Positions 24,101-34,891 of a DNA stretch of 64,000 nucleotides are shown piece by piece. Below the pieces are notes generated by a model. That model was not told the DNA's origin. It did no database searches and saw nothing but the letters and a program-made list of their open reading frames with translations. A program made the position numbers and the translations under genes. The stretch comes from Squalus acanthias (taxonomy: Eukaryota): the NCBI GenBank assembly GCA_030390025.1, contig CM059433.1:25546001-25610000 (forward strand), read 5' to 3'. Within the stretch, counting starts at the first letter, position 1. The number at the start of each line of letters is the position of its first letter.

Positions 24101-26165
24101 GATGTTGTCGGGGCCCATAGCCTTTGCTGTATCCAGTGCGCTCAGCCGTTTCTTGATATCACGTGGAATGAATCGAATTGGCTGAAGACTGGCTTCTGTG
24201 ATGGTGGGGACCTCGGGAGTAGGCCAATATGGATCATCCACTCAGCACTTCTGGCTGAAGTTGGTTGCAAACACTTCAGCCTTGTCTTTTGCACTCACAT
24301 GCTGGGCTCCACCATCATTGAGGATGGGGATATTCTTGGAGCCTCCTCCTCCCGTTACTTGTTTAATGGTCCACCACCATTCACGACTGGATGTGGCAGG
24401 ACTGCAGAGCTTTGATCTAATCCGTTGATTGTAGGATTGCCTCGCCCTCTCTATCGCATGCTGCTTCCGCTTTTTAGCATGCATGCATGTAGTCCTCTGT
24501 TGCAGCTTCCCCAGGTTGGCACCTCATTTTTAGATATCGCTGGTGCTGCTCCTGGCATGCTCTTCTACACTCGTTGTTGAACCAGGGTTGGTGGTAATGG
24601 TAGAGTGAGGGATATGCTGGGCCATGAGGTTACAGATTGAGGTGGAATACAATTCTTCTGCTGCTGCTGATGACCCACAGCGCCTCATGGATGACCAGTT
24701 TTGAGCTGCTAGATCTGTTCTGAATCTATCTCATTTAGCACGGTGGTCGTGCCACACAACACGATGGAGGGTGTTCTCAGTGTAAGACGGGACTTCGTCT
24801 CCACAATGACTGTACGGTGGTCACTGCTGCCAATGCTGTCTTGGACAGATGCATCTGCGACAGGTAGATTGGTGAGGACGAGGTCAAGTAGGTTTTTCCC
24901 TCGTGTTGGTTCACTCACCACCTGTTGCAGGCCCAGACTGGCAGTTATGTCCTTCAGGACTCGGCCAGCAGTGGTGCTACCGAGCCACACTTGGTGATGG
25001 ACATTGAAGTCCCCCACCCAGCGTACATTCCATGCCCTTGCTACTCTCAGTGCTATCTTCCAAGTGGTGTTCAACATGGAGGAGTACTGATTCATCAGAT
25101 GAGAGAGAGCTGTAGGTGGTAATCAGCAGGAGGTTTCCTTGCCCATGCTTGACCTGAAGCCATGAGACCCAGGGATGGTGATGGAGGAGTTTGGGACATT
25201 GGCTGAAAGGTATGATTCTGTGTGTATGACTATGTCAGACTGTTGCTTGACTAGTCTGTGGGACAGCTCTCCCAATTTTGGCACAAGTCCCCAGCTGTTG
25301 GTGAGGAGGACTTTGCAGGGTTGACTGGGCTGGGAGTGCTGTTGCCGTGTCCGTAGCCGATGCCGCGCGGTCCGTTCAGTTTCATTTTTGTTATTTTGTT
25401 TCGTAGCGGTTAGTTTAAATTGAGTGACTTGCTAGGCCATTTCAGAGGGCAGTTAAGAGTCAACCACATTGCTGTGGGTCTGGAGTCACATATAGGCCAG
25501 ACCAGGTAAGGACGGCAGATTTCCTTTCCTAAAGGACATTAGTGAACCAGATGGGTTTTTATGACAATCCAATAGTTTCATGGTTACCATTACTGATACT
25601 AGCTTTTTATTCCAGATTTATTTAATTAACTGAATTTAAATTCCCCAGCTGCCGTGGTGGGATTTGAACTCATGTCTCTGGATCATTAGTCCAGGCCTCT
25701 GGATTACTGGCCCAGTGACATTACCACTACAGTACCATTCCTGTTATATAGCCATTGAATAGTTGAATAGCCATTAATGTATGCAAGGTGTGGAATGTGA
25801 GTGTGTGTTTTATGAGATGGCCATAGGTCTTGGATGAGTGTTGGGAATTTGGGGTTTTTAAACCCTCTGGGCACAGAGTGAAGTTGAGATGGAGGGATGT
25901 AGAGGTATTGAAAAGCAGCCACTCACCCTGACCACCCGAGTGAGGTAGTTGAACTTCTTACGGCATTGGGTGTGGGTCCTCGGCACCAGGCTCCTCGAGG
26001 AGACGTGCTGAGCCACCTCCCTCCAGACTCTTCTGTATTCACGGGGCAATGGCCTCCTGCCACTCTGTGGGTACAGCAGTGCCCGTCACCGCTCCACAGC
26101 GCCAACCAGAGCTACCAAGGCCTGGTCGCTAAATGCTGAGCTCTTTCCCTGGGCCTATCAATTAG
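21126..26165 (-). pseudogene. Myb/SANT partner gene of element A, disrupted
   Basis: Exon 1 (...WREVAQHVSSRSLVPRTHTQCRKKFNYLTRVVR|gtgagt) is frameshifted near its start; exon 2 AKLSHNR..TGGG at ~22297-22460; exon 3 is split over several frames. Confidence 0.85.
22583..25741 (-). mobile_element. Second near-full-length copy of the tRNA-headed LINE
   Basis: Same head (25650-25741), APE motifs (GDFNVHH, LLDLVLTN, SDHRTV) and RT motifs; poly-T at ~22581; probable TSD ATAGTT (22577-22582 / 25759-25764). Confidence 0.92.
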
Positions 26166-27059
26166 TCGTTCCAGCACAATTGCTTTAGAGGTCTCTCCAG
26201 GCCGAGATTCAAGGCTGCAATGAGCAAGGTGTGGCTGGCAAGCAACATGGACCCTCCCCATTAAGAAATGGCCGGCGCCGGTCTGTCTGTGTTCCATTGC
26301 TAACTGACATCACCTGAGCTTCGGTAGGGCTCTGAGGTAGCGCCTCGCTTCTCGACGTTAGCGCCTTAAGAGAGGTGTGTAGCGCCTGATTTAGCGCTGA
26401 AATCACCTCCAGGGGCGATAGAGGCCAATTTTGCAGTCGGAGGCGATAATTTGCACCGGGCGCTAAACTTTGTGCCCAGCCGATAATAGCACCCCAAACG
26501 GGGCAATACCGAATTTCTCCCCCATAAAGTTTAAGAGAAAATCTCCACGCACAAATCCCTTTTCTATCTAATGGTAGCTGTCCCTATTAAATGAATAACA
26601 GTTAAATGCATTGCAAAAGCCTGGATGAATGTAGAATTAGGCCAACCTGCAAAGGCTTAATTTTTCCTTTATTATGGAGCAGATCTTTCTTTTCATCTCC
26701 TGTGTCAACAAAGTACATTTAAGTACTGCCTCACTGAAGCTGATATGTTAAGTCTTTTTACAAATCAATGTGTTAAGCTCCTTTTACAAGTATTTTTGTC
26801 TCGGTGTGAAAATCGCCTAGTAACCAATTCAGTGATGTTTCGAGTCACTTCACTTCATCAGGTGCTGGGGCTCAAGCACTTTTGACCATTAATCTGAGAT
26901 GCGAGTTTGTTTATAGGTGAAAACCACCTCCTCAGGAGTTGATGCTCCAGCTTTCTGATGCTTTAATGTGCAGTATTGCTTGATGTGATTAAACTGTTTT
27001 TGAAGTTCCCTTTTTAAGATAGATTTTATGTCCATTTTAAAAGTTTTTAAGTCTTTTTT

Positions 27060-29210
27060 AAAGATTAAATAGTAAAAGGGTAGTCAAAGGAAGTGTGGGG
27101 CTGATTAGGGACCAAAAAGGAGATCTTCTTGTGGAGACAGCGGGCATGGCTGAGGTACTAAATGAGTACTTTGCATCTGTCTTCACTAGAGAAGAGGATG
27201 CTGCCAATGTAGCAGTAAAGGAGGAGGCAGTAGCGATATTGGATAGGATAAAAATAGATAAAGAGGTTATAAGGTTGGCAGTCCTCAAAGTAGAAAAGTC
27301 ACCCAGTCCGGATGGGATGCATCCTAGGTTACTGACGGAAGTAAGAGTGGAAATTGTGGAGGCTCTGGCCATAATCTTCCAATTCTTCTTGGATATAGGG
27401 GTGGTGCCAGAGGACTGGAGGATTGCAAATATTACACCCCTGTTTAAAAAAAGGGGAGTTGGATTAACCAGGCAATTAAAGGCCGGTCAGCCTAGCGTTG
27501 ATGGTGGGGAAACATTTAGAGTCATTAATCCAGGATAAAATTAATTGGTATTTGGAAAAGTATAATAAATGGAAGGTGTTTGATAAAGTACCACATAATA
27601 GACTTGTTAGCAAAATTAAAACCCATGGGGTTAAAGAGACAGTGGCAGCATGGATACAAAATTGGCTAAGGGACAGAAAGCAGAGAGTAGTGGTGAACGG
27701 TATTAGGACCACTGCTCTTTTTGATTATACTAATTACCTGGACTTGGGTATACGGGGCATGATTTCAAAGTTTGCAGATGACACAAAACTCAGAAATGTA
27801 GTAAACAATAAGGAGGATAGTAACAGACTTCAGGAGGACATAGATAGACTGGTGAAATGGGCAGATGAAATTTAACGCAAAGAAGTGTGAAGTGATGCAT
27901 TTTGGTAGGAAGAATGAGGCGAGGCAATAGAAACTAAATGATACAATTTTAAAGGGGGTGCAGAAGCAGAGGGACCTGAGGGTGTATGTACACAAATCTT
28001 TGAAGGTGGCTATTAAAAAAGCATACGGGATCATTAGCTTTATTAATAGAGGCATAGGGGGAAAAGTTCAGTTGGATTGTGCCTCCCGTTAGCGCCTTAA
28101 GAGGGCGCTAATGGGGCGCAAAGCAACTAGCGCCCGTGTGCGGCGATCTTTGCCCCGCTCACAAAATTAACTAGACATTTTGCGGCGGTACTAAACACTA
28201 CCGCCACAATTTCCTGCGCCGGCCGATTGTGACGTCAGTCGAGAGTGCAACACCCCGGTAGCGCCCCGGACCGGATATTGAGTGGCGCCCCCTGTCTTAC
28301 CACCTGCCGCTAGCAACGACAGGTTGAGGGGAGCGTTTTGCAGTCAGGTAGGGACTGGGGGAGCGCTATTTAAAGGCGACCGCTTCCTGCCTTTTTTTGT
28401 CGGCAAAATTTTTGCACCACGCATTCTGAGTGAGAGAGAGAGACTGCAGGAGATATTCAAAGCTGTGTTGAGGAGTTTTGGGTACTGAGCAACACTTTGC
28501 AGGTTCTTTCTGGTTTGATCTTCCATGCATCGATTTAGAAGACTATGGGGGCTGCAGTCTGAGCTCTTTCCCTGGACCTCTCCATTGTTCTTTCCAGCAG
28601 ATTTGATGTACAGGTCTCTCCAGGCAGAGATTCAAGGCTGCAATGAGCAGGGTGTGGATGCAGAGCAAGATCGACCCTCCCCTTTAAGAACTGGTGCCAG
28701 TGTGTCTGTGTTCCATTGCTGTCTGACATCACATGAGCTTCGCCAGCGCTCTGAGGTAGCGCCTCGCTCCTCGGCCTTTGCGCCTTAAGACAGATGTGTA
28801 GTGCCTGATTTGGCGCTCCAATCACCTCCAGAGGCGATAAAAGTCAAGTTTGCAGTCGGAGGTGATAATTAGCACCAGGCGCTAAACTTTGCGCACGGCC
28901 GATAATGGCGCCCCAAATGGGGCGATACTGAATTTTTCCCCCATAGAGTACAAAAGCAAGGAAGTTATGCTAAACCTTCATAAATCACTGGTTAGGCCTC
29001 AGCTGGAGTATTGTGTCCAATTCTGGGCACCACGCTTTAGGAAGGATGTCAAGGCATTATAGAGGGTGCAGAGGAGATTTACTAGAATGGTACCAGGGAT
29101 GAGGGACTTCAGTTATGTGAAGAGACTGGAGAAGCTGGGATATCCATCTTAGAGCAGAGAAGGTTAAGAGGAGATTTGAAAGAGGTTTTCAAAATCATGA
29201 ACGGTTTTAC
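27060..29210 (+). mobile_element. CR1-type LINE fragment interrupted by a MITE
   Basis: LNEYFASVFTRE, GVVPEDWRIANITPLFKK, FDKVPHNRL, SKFADDTKL; AGAGGCATA|GAGTACAAAAGC rejoins across 28057-28942. Confidence 0.9.
28057..28942 (+). mobile_element. Non-autonomous Harbinger (MITE, 886 bp)
   Basis: TIRs GGGGGAAAAGTTCAG / CTGAATTTTTCCCCC; TSD ATA (28054-28056, 28943-28945); colinear with 4122-5014. Confidence 0.93.
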
Positions 29211-29406
29211 ATACAATATACAGCACAGAAACAAGCCATTTTCAGGCTAATTGATGATTATGATGATTTGAACAGGTGCTAAAACCGACAACTGCAGGTT
29301 TAGCACTCAAGCGCTGATTAGATGCAACTTTCCTGGAGCTGTCCATGTAGCCTGCACTCACCCACTTCCACTGAAGGCGTGGAGTGTGATGGCTGGGAGT
29401 GGAAGA

Positions 29407-30057
29407 ATGTCTCAAGGAGCAAGAGAGAGGGCGGCCAGCTACTCTGATGCGGCACTGGAGGTCCGGGTGGAGAAGGTAGAGAGGAGGAGGGATGTCCTCT
29501 ACCCGCAGTGGGGAAGGAGGCCACAGAGGCAGCTGATACGCCACATGTCGGACGAGATTGCCTGAGAGGTGACAGCCAGAAGCCCTGGCCCCAGAACATG
29601 GCTCCAGGGCCGCAAGAAATTTAATGACTTGACACGAGTGGTCAAGGTAAGAGCCCATCTCACAAATACACTGCTCAATAACTGCACCACGACCACCAGC
29701 ATCACAACCTCAACACACTCCATTTCATAATCTAACTTTCCACTGATATTCTCACATCCCACACTATTGCATTCTTTACAGGCACCACTCAGACGTCAGA
29801 CACATCTCACAGCTCTTCAACCATGTGAGGCATCATACACGCACAAATACATTTGCCAATACACTCATTCACAATCATCACTCTTTCTCTTCCAGGACAA
29901 GATAGCATATAACAGGTGGCAGCAGGACCTGACCAGGGAGGAAAAGCACGACTTCATGATATCACTACCCTTGAGGAGGCAGTGCTGGCTGTGATCGGGA
30001 GAGGAGTGGGAGACGCCTTGGGTAGAGTCAGAGCAGGGGCCATCTCGCCCAGAGGCA
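29407..30057 (+). pseudogene. Harbinger Myb/SANT partner remnant (exons 1-2)
   Basis: MSQGARERAASYSDAALEV..EKVERRRDVLYP...IA*EV...RTWLQGRKKFNDLTRVVK|gtaaga; exon 2 DKIAYNR after ttccag. Confidence 0.8.
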
Positions 30058-31526
30058 TGTGGCCACTGCAGCTTCCTTGCAGATTCACAACTATTCCTGA
30101 TCCCTAATCACCAAAAGCTATTCTCACTCCCTTAAACTTAGAAACAGGAAACACGATTAAATATGCAACCAATTAAGATAGCAAGAAAACAAGTAAACAC
30201 CCTAAGAGAAGTGTTTTCAATTTACAAGTTGTAAAAGGTACAAATAGGAAGGCTTTGAAAATATAATATTAATAGATGACATCAAGCAATTACATTGTGT
30301 TTGTATTGAACTTGGAACACCACGGAGTCACGACGTCTGGCTTACAAGCAGTAAAGTGATATTAAGAATTCAATAGAAAGACTTCCTAAGAATGGCATAA
30401 AATAGATAAATCGATAATAACCATTTTATGATAGTTTTTGAAACACCTAAAGGTAGAATTCTAAAAGTTGGCAGCTGAAATGACAGTAAGAATAGAAAAG
30501 AATTCAATAAAGAATCACTGGAGATAATTAGCTTACATCAGCAGGAAACTTCAAAGAAAATACCACTAAAAAAAGGTATAAAAATAGAGCTTTTCAGATA
30601 GAGAGTCAGAAGTCGCTGGAAGGGCAAGCGTTTCTCAACTTCACAGGCACGCTCTGTAAGTTTTCAACTTTGAGTCTCGGGTAATCAAGTTATTTGACTT
30701 TGGTGGATATTCTGGATTAAGAAATAAGTAGAAGTGTGGAAATGTAACGAAGTTAAGATTTGAGAATAAGGATCTCTGATAAGAAATGTAAGCTATTTGT
30801 ATTTTGAACTGTTAAAGTTATGATTGCCATACCAGCTGTTAACTGAATGTCGGCTCTTAAATAAATCTATATATTTTTAAAATTGTCTCAAAGAGTATTT
30901 CTGTATCAATCTCGCGAACTCAATTTCTGTACACTCTTCAGAGAGGAGTTGTAGAATTCTGGGGGGTTTTCCGGACCCTCATAATATCCGGAAGGTTACA
31001 GTCTAGTTAAACTTGTTAAAAGTGTTATCCAGAGGACGGTAACATCTTCAGGCCGTTCCTTTCCTTGTGGTGTTTTACAGCTTTTGTGTTAACACTTCAT
31101 CTTATCTCAGAAGCCTGTATTGTGTTTGCAGCCTGTGTCGCCGAGGCTTTCCAAACTTTTAAACTCAGTGGGGTAGAAATTAGGTCGCGCCCCATTTGGG
31201 GCGCAAATATCGTCCGCGCGCAAATATTAGCGCCTGGCGCTAATTATCGGCACTGACAGGAAACTTCACTTTTACCGCCCCGGGAGGTGAGTGGAGCGCT
31301 AAATTAGGCGCTGCACACCTCTCTTAAGGCGCAAAGGCCTAGGAGTGAGGCGCTAACTCAGCGCACGAGCGCAGCGCAGCTGCTGCCAGTTAGCGAGGGA
31401 ACACAGACACACTGGCGCCGGACACTTCTTAAAGCGGGGGGGGCCACTTGCTCCCCAGCCACACCCTGCTCATTGCAGCCTTGAATCTCAGCCTGGAGAG
31501 ACCTGTAATCCATTTTGCTGCCAAGC

Positions 31527-33436
31527 ATGGAGAGGGTGAGAGAACGCGCTCATCGCTTCACCGAGCGGGCCTTGGATGCTCTGGTTGACGCAGTGGAGCG
31601 CAGACGATGCATGCTGTTCCCAGAGAGTGGCAGGAGGCCTTTGCCACGCGAGTTCAGAAGAGTGTGGAGGGAGGTGGCTCAGAGCGTCTCCTCCAGGAGC
31701 ATGGTGCCCAGGACCCATGTCCAGTGCCGCAAAAAGTTCAACGACCTCACTCGGGTCGTCAGGGTGAGTGGCTTTTTCTCAATACCTCTCCATCCCTCCA
31801 TCTCAACCTCACTCTATGGCCAGAGGGTCTTAAAACCCCAATGCACAACACTCATCCAACACCTATGGCCCTTTCATCAAACACACACACACATTCCACA
31901 CTTTGCATACAGTAAGGGCTATTCACCTATGGGAGGCACATCAGGCAAGACCATGGCTGTATATTGTAAGGGCTATTCACCTATGGGAGGCACATCAGGC
32001 AAGACCATGGCTGTATATTGACTCAGATGCTGTCCTTTTTCTTGCAGGCTAAGCTGGCTCATAATCGGAGACAGCAGCAACGGACGGGTGGAGGGCGGCT
32101 TCAGCTGCAACCCCTCAGCGATCTGGAGGAGCGCGTCCACAGGATTGTGGCAAGCCGGGTGATCGGTCCCGTCGCCACTGGAGACGCCGACCCCGTTGTG
32201 GACAGCAATGGTAAGGTCATCACCTTTTTGTCCTCTGTCCTTCCACTTGTCCCTCACAATACCAGCCTTTGACACTTTCAATCCAACTTGCTAACTCGCT
32301 GCACTTATTCCTCCCTTACTGCCACCCTGTCCTCACGCTAAAGCCACTCTTGTACCTCCCTGCTTTCAGATGGTGATTCACCAGCTGAGGAGATGGTCCC
32401 TGAAGCTGCCACTGGGAGTGATGCTTCAGCTGAGGAGGAAGAGGAAGCCGGAGCATCAGTGCCACCCTCTCCCGAGGAAGCCCATGGCCACACTGGGAAC
32501 ACGCCTTCCCCGGAGGGGAGCAGGGGGGAAGGGGCTGATGATGGTGAAGTTCCAGGACCCAGCGGGCTGCAGCAACGCCATGGGGGGGGGGGGGAAGAAC
32601 GGGGGAGCAGGGGGGAAGGGGCTGATGATGGTGAAGTTCCAGGACCCAGCGGGCTGCAGCAACGCCATGGGGGGGGGAGGGAAGAACGGGAGCCTTCTCC
32701 CCAGAGGGAGAGTATGCCAGACACTCCTAATGCAATGGACGCAGAGGAGGAGCGGCTGATTGCAGAAATGAACAGCCAGGCGGTGGTCATGCACACTGAG
32801 CTCATGGGTGCAGTGGGAAGGGTGCCCGAATGCATTGAGGCACTGGCAAGGAGTGTGGAGCACTTCGCTGTAGCACAGGCGGATGCCACACTAAAGCTTA
32901 CTGCTGCAATTCAGTCACTGGCTGCCAGGAACCCATCTGAGCCTGCTCTCATGCAGACTCAGATTGAGGCCACGCGAGCACTGACTGCTGCCATCCTCGA
33001 TGGTTCGTGCACATGTCCCCGGGGCTGTCACCGCGCCGCAGCAGGCCAGCAATCTGTTCTCAGGCAAATTGCTCCGGATGCTGAAGTGCTGCCCCGTGGG
33101 AGTGCCAGTGTGTCGGGCGAGCAGGGAGTTGCTGTCCTCTCTCACGATGACAGCATTCCTGCTGCCAACACTGTCACTTCTCCACTGCACTTGCCACCGC
33201 CTGTAGGACAGACTGCTGCCGCCCATGCAGAGTTGGTGCAGTCTGCAGCCGGGCCCTCCAGGCCCAGAAGTGGTCGAGGCCGTCCTTCAGGGGCATCTGC
33301 AGTGTCAGGGTCTGACGAGCAGCAGCCTTCCACCAGCCTTGCTGCAGCCACTGAGGTCCCATTACGGAGGAGCAGTAGGGTTAGAAGGGGGGAAGTGCGC
33401 AAGGGAAGGAGATCACCCTCGAAGGGCAAAAAGTAG
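31527..33436 (+). CDS. Myb/SANT-like DNA-binding partner protein, 3 exons (31527-31763, 32048-32210, 32370-33436), 488 aa
   Basis: RFTERALDALVDAVERRRCMLF...WREVAQSVS...RTHVQCRKKFNDL; canonical GT-AG introns (phase 0 and 1) splice to 1467 nt with no internal stop. Confidence 0.88.
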
Positions 33437-33730
33437 GAGGTGTGCCAAAATGCTGGTCATTTTTTTATTAAAGGCCGAGGTTCATGGCCCAACTTTTGTT
33501 TAGTGTTTTGGACATTATCTCCAGGTTGTGAGAACCAGTTATGTTATTGACTGTTTTTTTGTGTTTATTTCTATGAGTTTGTCATGAGGAATTGACACAC
33601 ACAGAGTTTGTACAATAAATAAGTTTCTGTATTCAAAATATACATGGCTGGTGGTTGGAATTATTGGTGCCTTGGCCGGCTTAGGGGTTGCGTGCTGGGT
33701 TGATTCGTGTTTGTAGCACTGGCAGGGGCC

Positions 33731-34891
33731 CTAGAAGCGGCTTGCTATTAGTCGTTGACGGACGGCCCTTGCAGTTTGACCATTGTGGGCCGCCCTCCTG
33801 CCTTGGTGCTGCTGCTGATCATCGTCCTCGGCCAGTTCCTCCTCTTCCTCCTCCTCCTCTTGTGGTGCTGCAAGGCCTGGTGGCATTGGCTGCGTCCTGA
33901 GGATTGCCATGTTGTGCAACATGCAGCACACCACTACGAATTTGGAAACTTGCTCAGGCGAGTACTGCAGGGCTCCTCCGGAATGGTCCAGACAGCGGAA
34001 TCGTTGTTTGAGCACGCCGATTGTGCGCTCAATAATGTTCCTCGTTGCTTGTTGGCTTTCCTGGTACCGCAGCTCAGCAGGGGTGTTTGGCGCACGGAGC
34101 GGTGTCATCAGCCAGGTGCTCAATGCGTACCCCTTGTCCCCCAGAAGCCAACCGACTGGCTGATGCGGTGCCTCGAAAATTTCTGCCACAGTACTCTGGC
34201 GCAGGATGAAAGCATCGTGGCAGCTGCCCGGATAGTGGGCATTGACAGCGAGAATCACCTGTCTGTGGTCACAGACCAACTGCACATTCAAGGAATGGAA
34301 CCCTTTTCTGTTCCGGAACTCCTCTGCATTCTCTCGCGGAGCACGCAAAGCCACATGCGTGCAGTCAATGGCGCCCTGCACCATGGGGAAGCCCGCTACC
34401 CTCGCAAAGCCCATAGCACGGTCATGCTGCTTGTCTGGGGTCATAGGGAAGGAGATGAAGTCTCGTCTCCTTGTGAAGAGGGCATTGGTGACCTGCCGGA
34501 TGCAGCGATGCACCGCAAACTGGGAGATATTGGCGAGGTCCCCAACAGCAGCTTGGAATGAGCCAGTGGCGTAGAAGTTCAAGGCCACTGTGACCTTCAC
34601 TGCCACCGACAGAGACGTCCTGGACCTCAGCTGAGGCTGCAGATCTGGCTGCAGCAGGTGGCAGAGCTCAGTGACCACCTCCTTGCTGAATCGCAGCCTT
34701 CGCAAACACAGCTCCTCGGACATGTGGATGTAGGAGAGCTGTTCACGATATACCCTGGGAGGGTAAGCTCTCCTGTACATGCGCCTGATGGGCCTCCTCC
34801 GTCTGGCCATCATTGCCACTCTCTGTCTGCGTCTCACTCTGCTCCGATTGAGCTGGAGCAGGACGACGCCCCCAATCATTGCAGCCCCCAT
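33731..34891 (-). CDS. Harbinger DDE transposase (HARBI1-like), 386 aa, open
   Basis: [64 protein letters not shown]. Confidence 0.95.
   Translation of the reverse strand: MGAAMIGGVVLLQLNRSRVRRRQRVAMMARRRRPIRRMYRRAYPPRVYREQLSYIHMSEELCLRRLRFSKEVVTELCHLLQPDLQPQLRSRTSLSVAVKVTVALNFYATGSFQAAVGDLANISQFAVHRCIRQVTNALFTRRRDFISFPMTPDKQHDRAMGFARVAGFPMVQGAIDCTHVALRAPRENAEEFRNRKGFHSLNVQLVCDHRQVILAVNAHYPGSCHDAFILRQSTVAEIFEAPHQPVGWLLGDKGYALSTWLMTPLRAPNTPAELRYQESQQATRNIIERTIGVLKQRFRCLDHSGGALQYSPEQVSKFVVVCCMLHNMAILRTQPMPPGLAAPQEEEEEEEELAEDDDQQQHQGRRAAHNGQTARAVRQRLIASRF

Larger units (their letters stand above)
19213..26523 (+). mobile_element. Harbinger element A (full length, LINE inserted in the partner-gene intron)
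   Basis: TIRs GGGGGGAAAATTCGG / CCGAATTTCTCCCCC; TSD ATA (19210-19212, 26524-26526); convergent transposase and Myb genes. Confidence 0.93.

Noticed and set aside
33755..34561. 268-aa plus-strand ORF and similar long antisense ORFs over transposases and LINEs
   Set aside because: Shadow frames of GC-rich coding sequence; not kept open in the paralogous element A.
19666..34891. Calling the ORFs host HARBI1, NAIF1 or MSANTD genes
   Set aside because: They lie between TIRs and TSDs with many decayed paralogues, so they are transposon genes. No gene symbols assigned.
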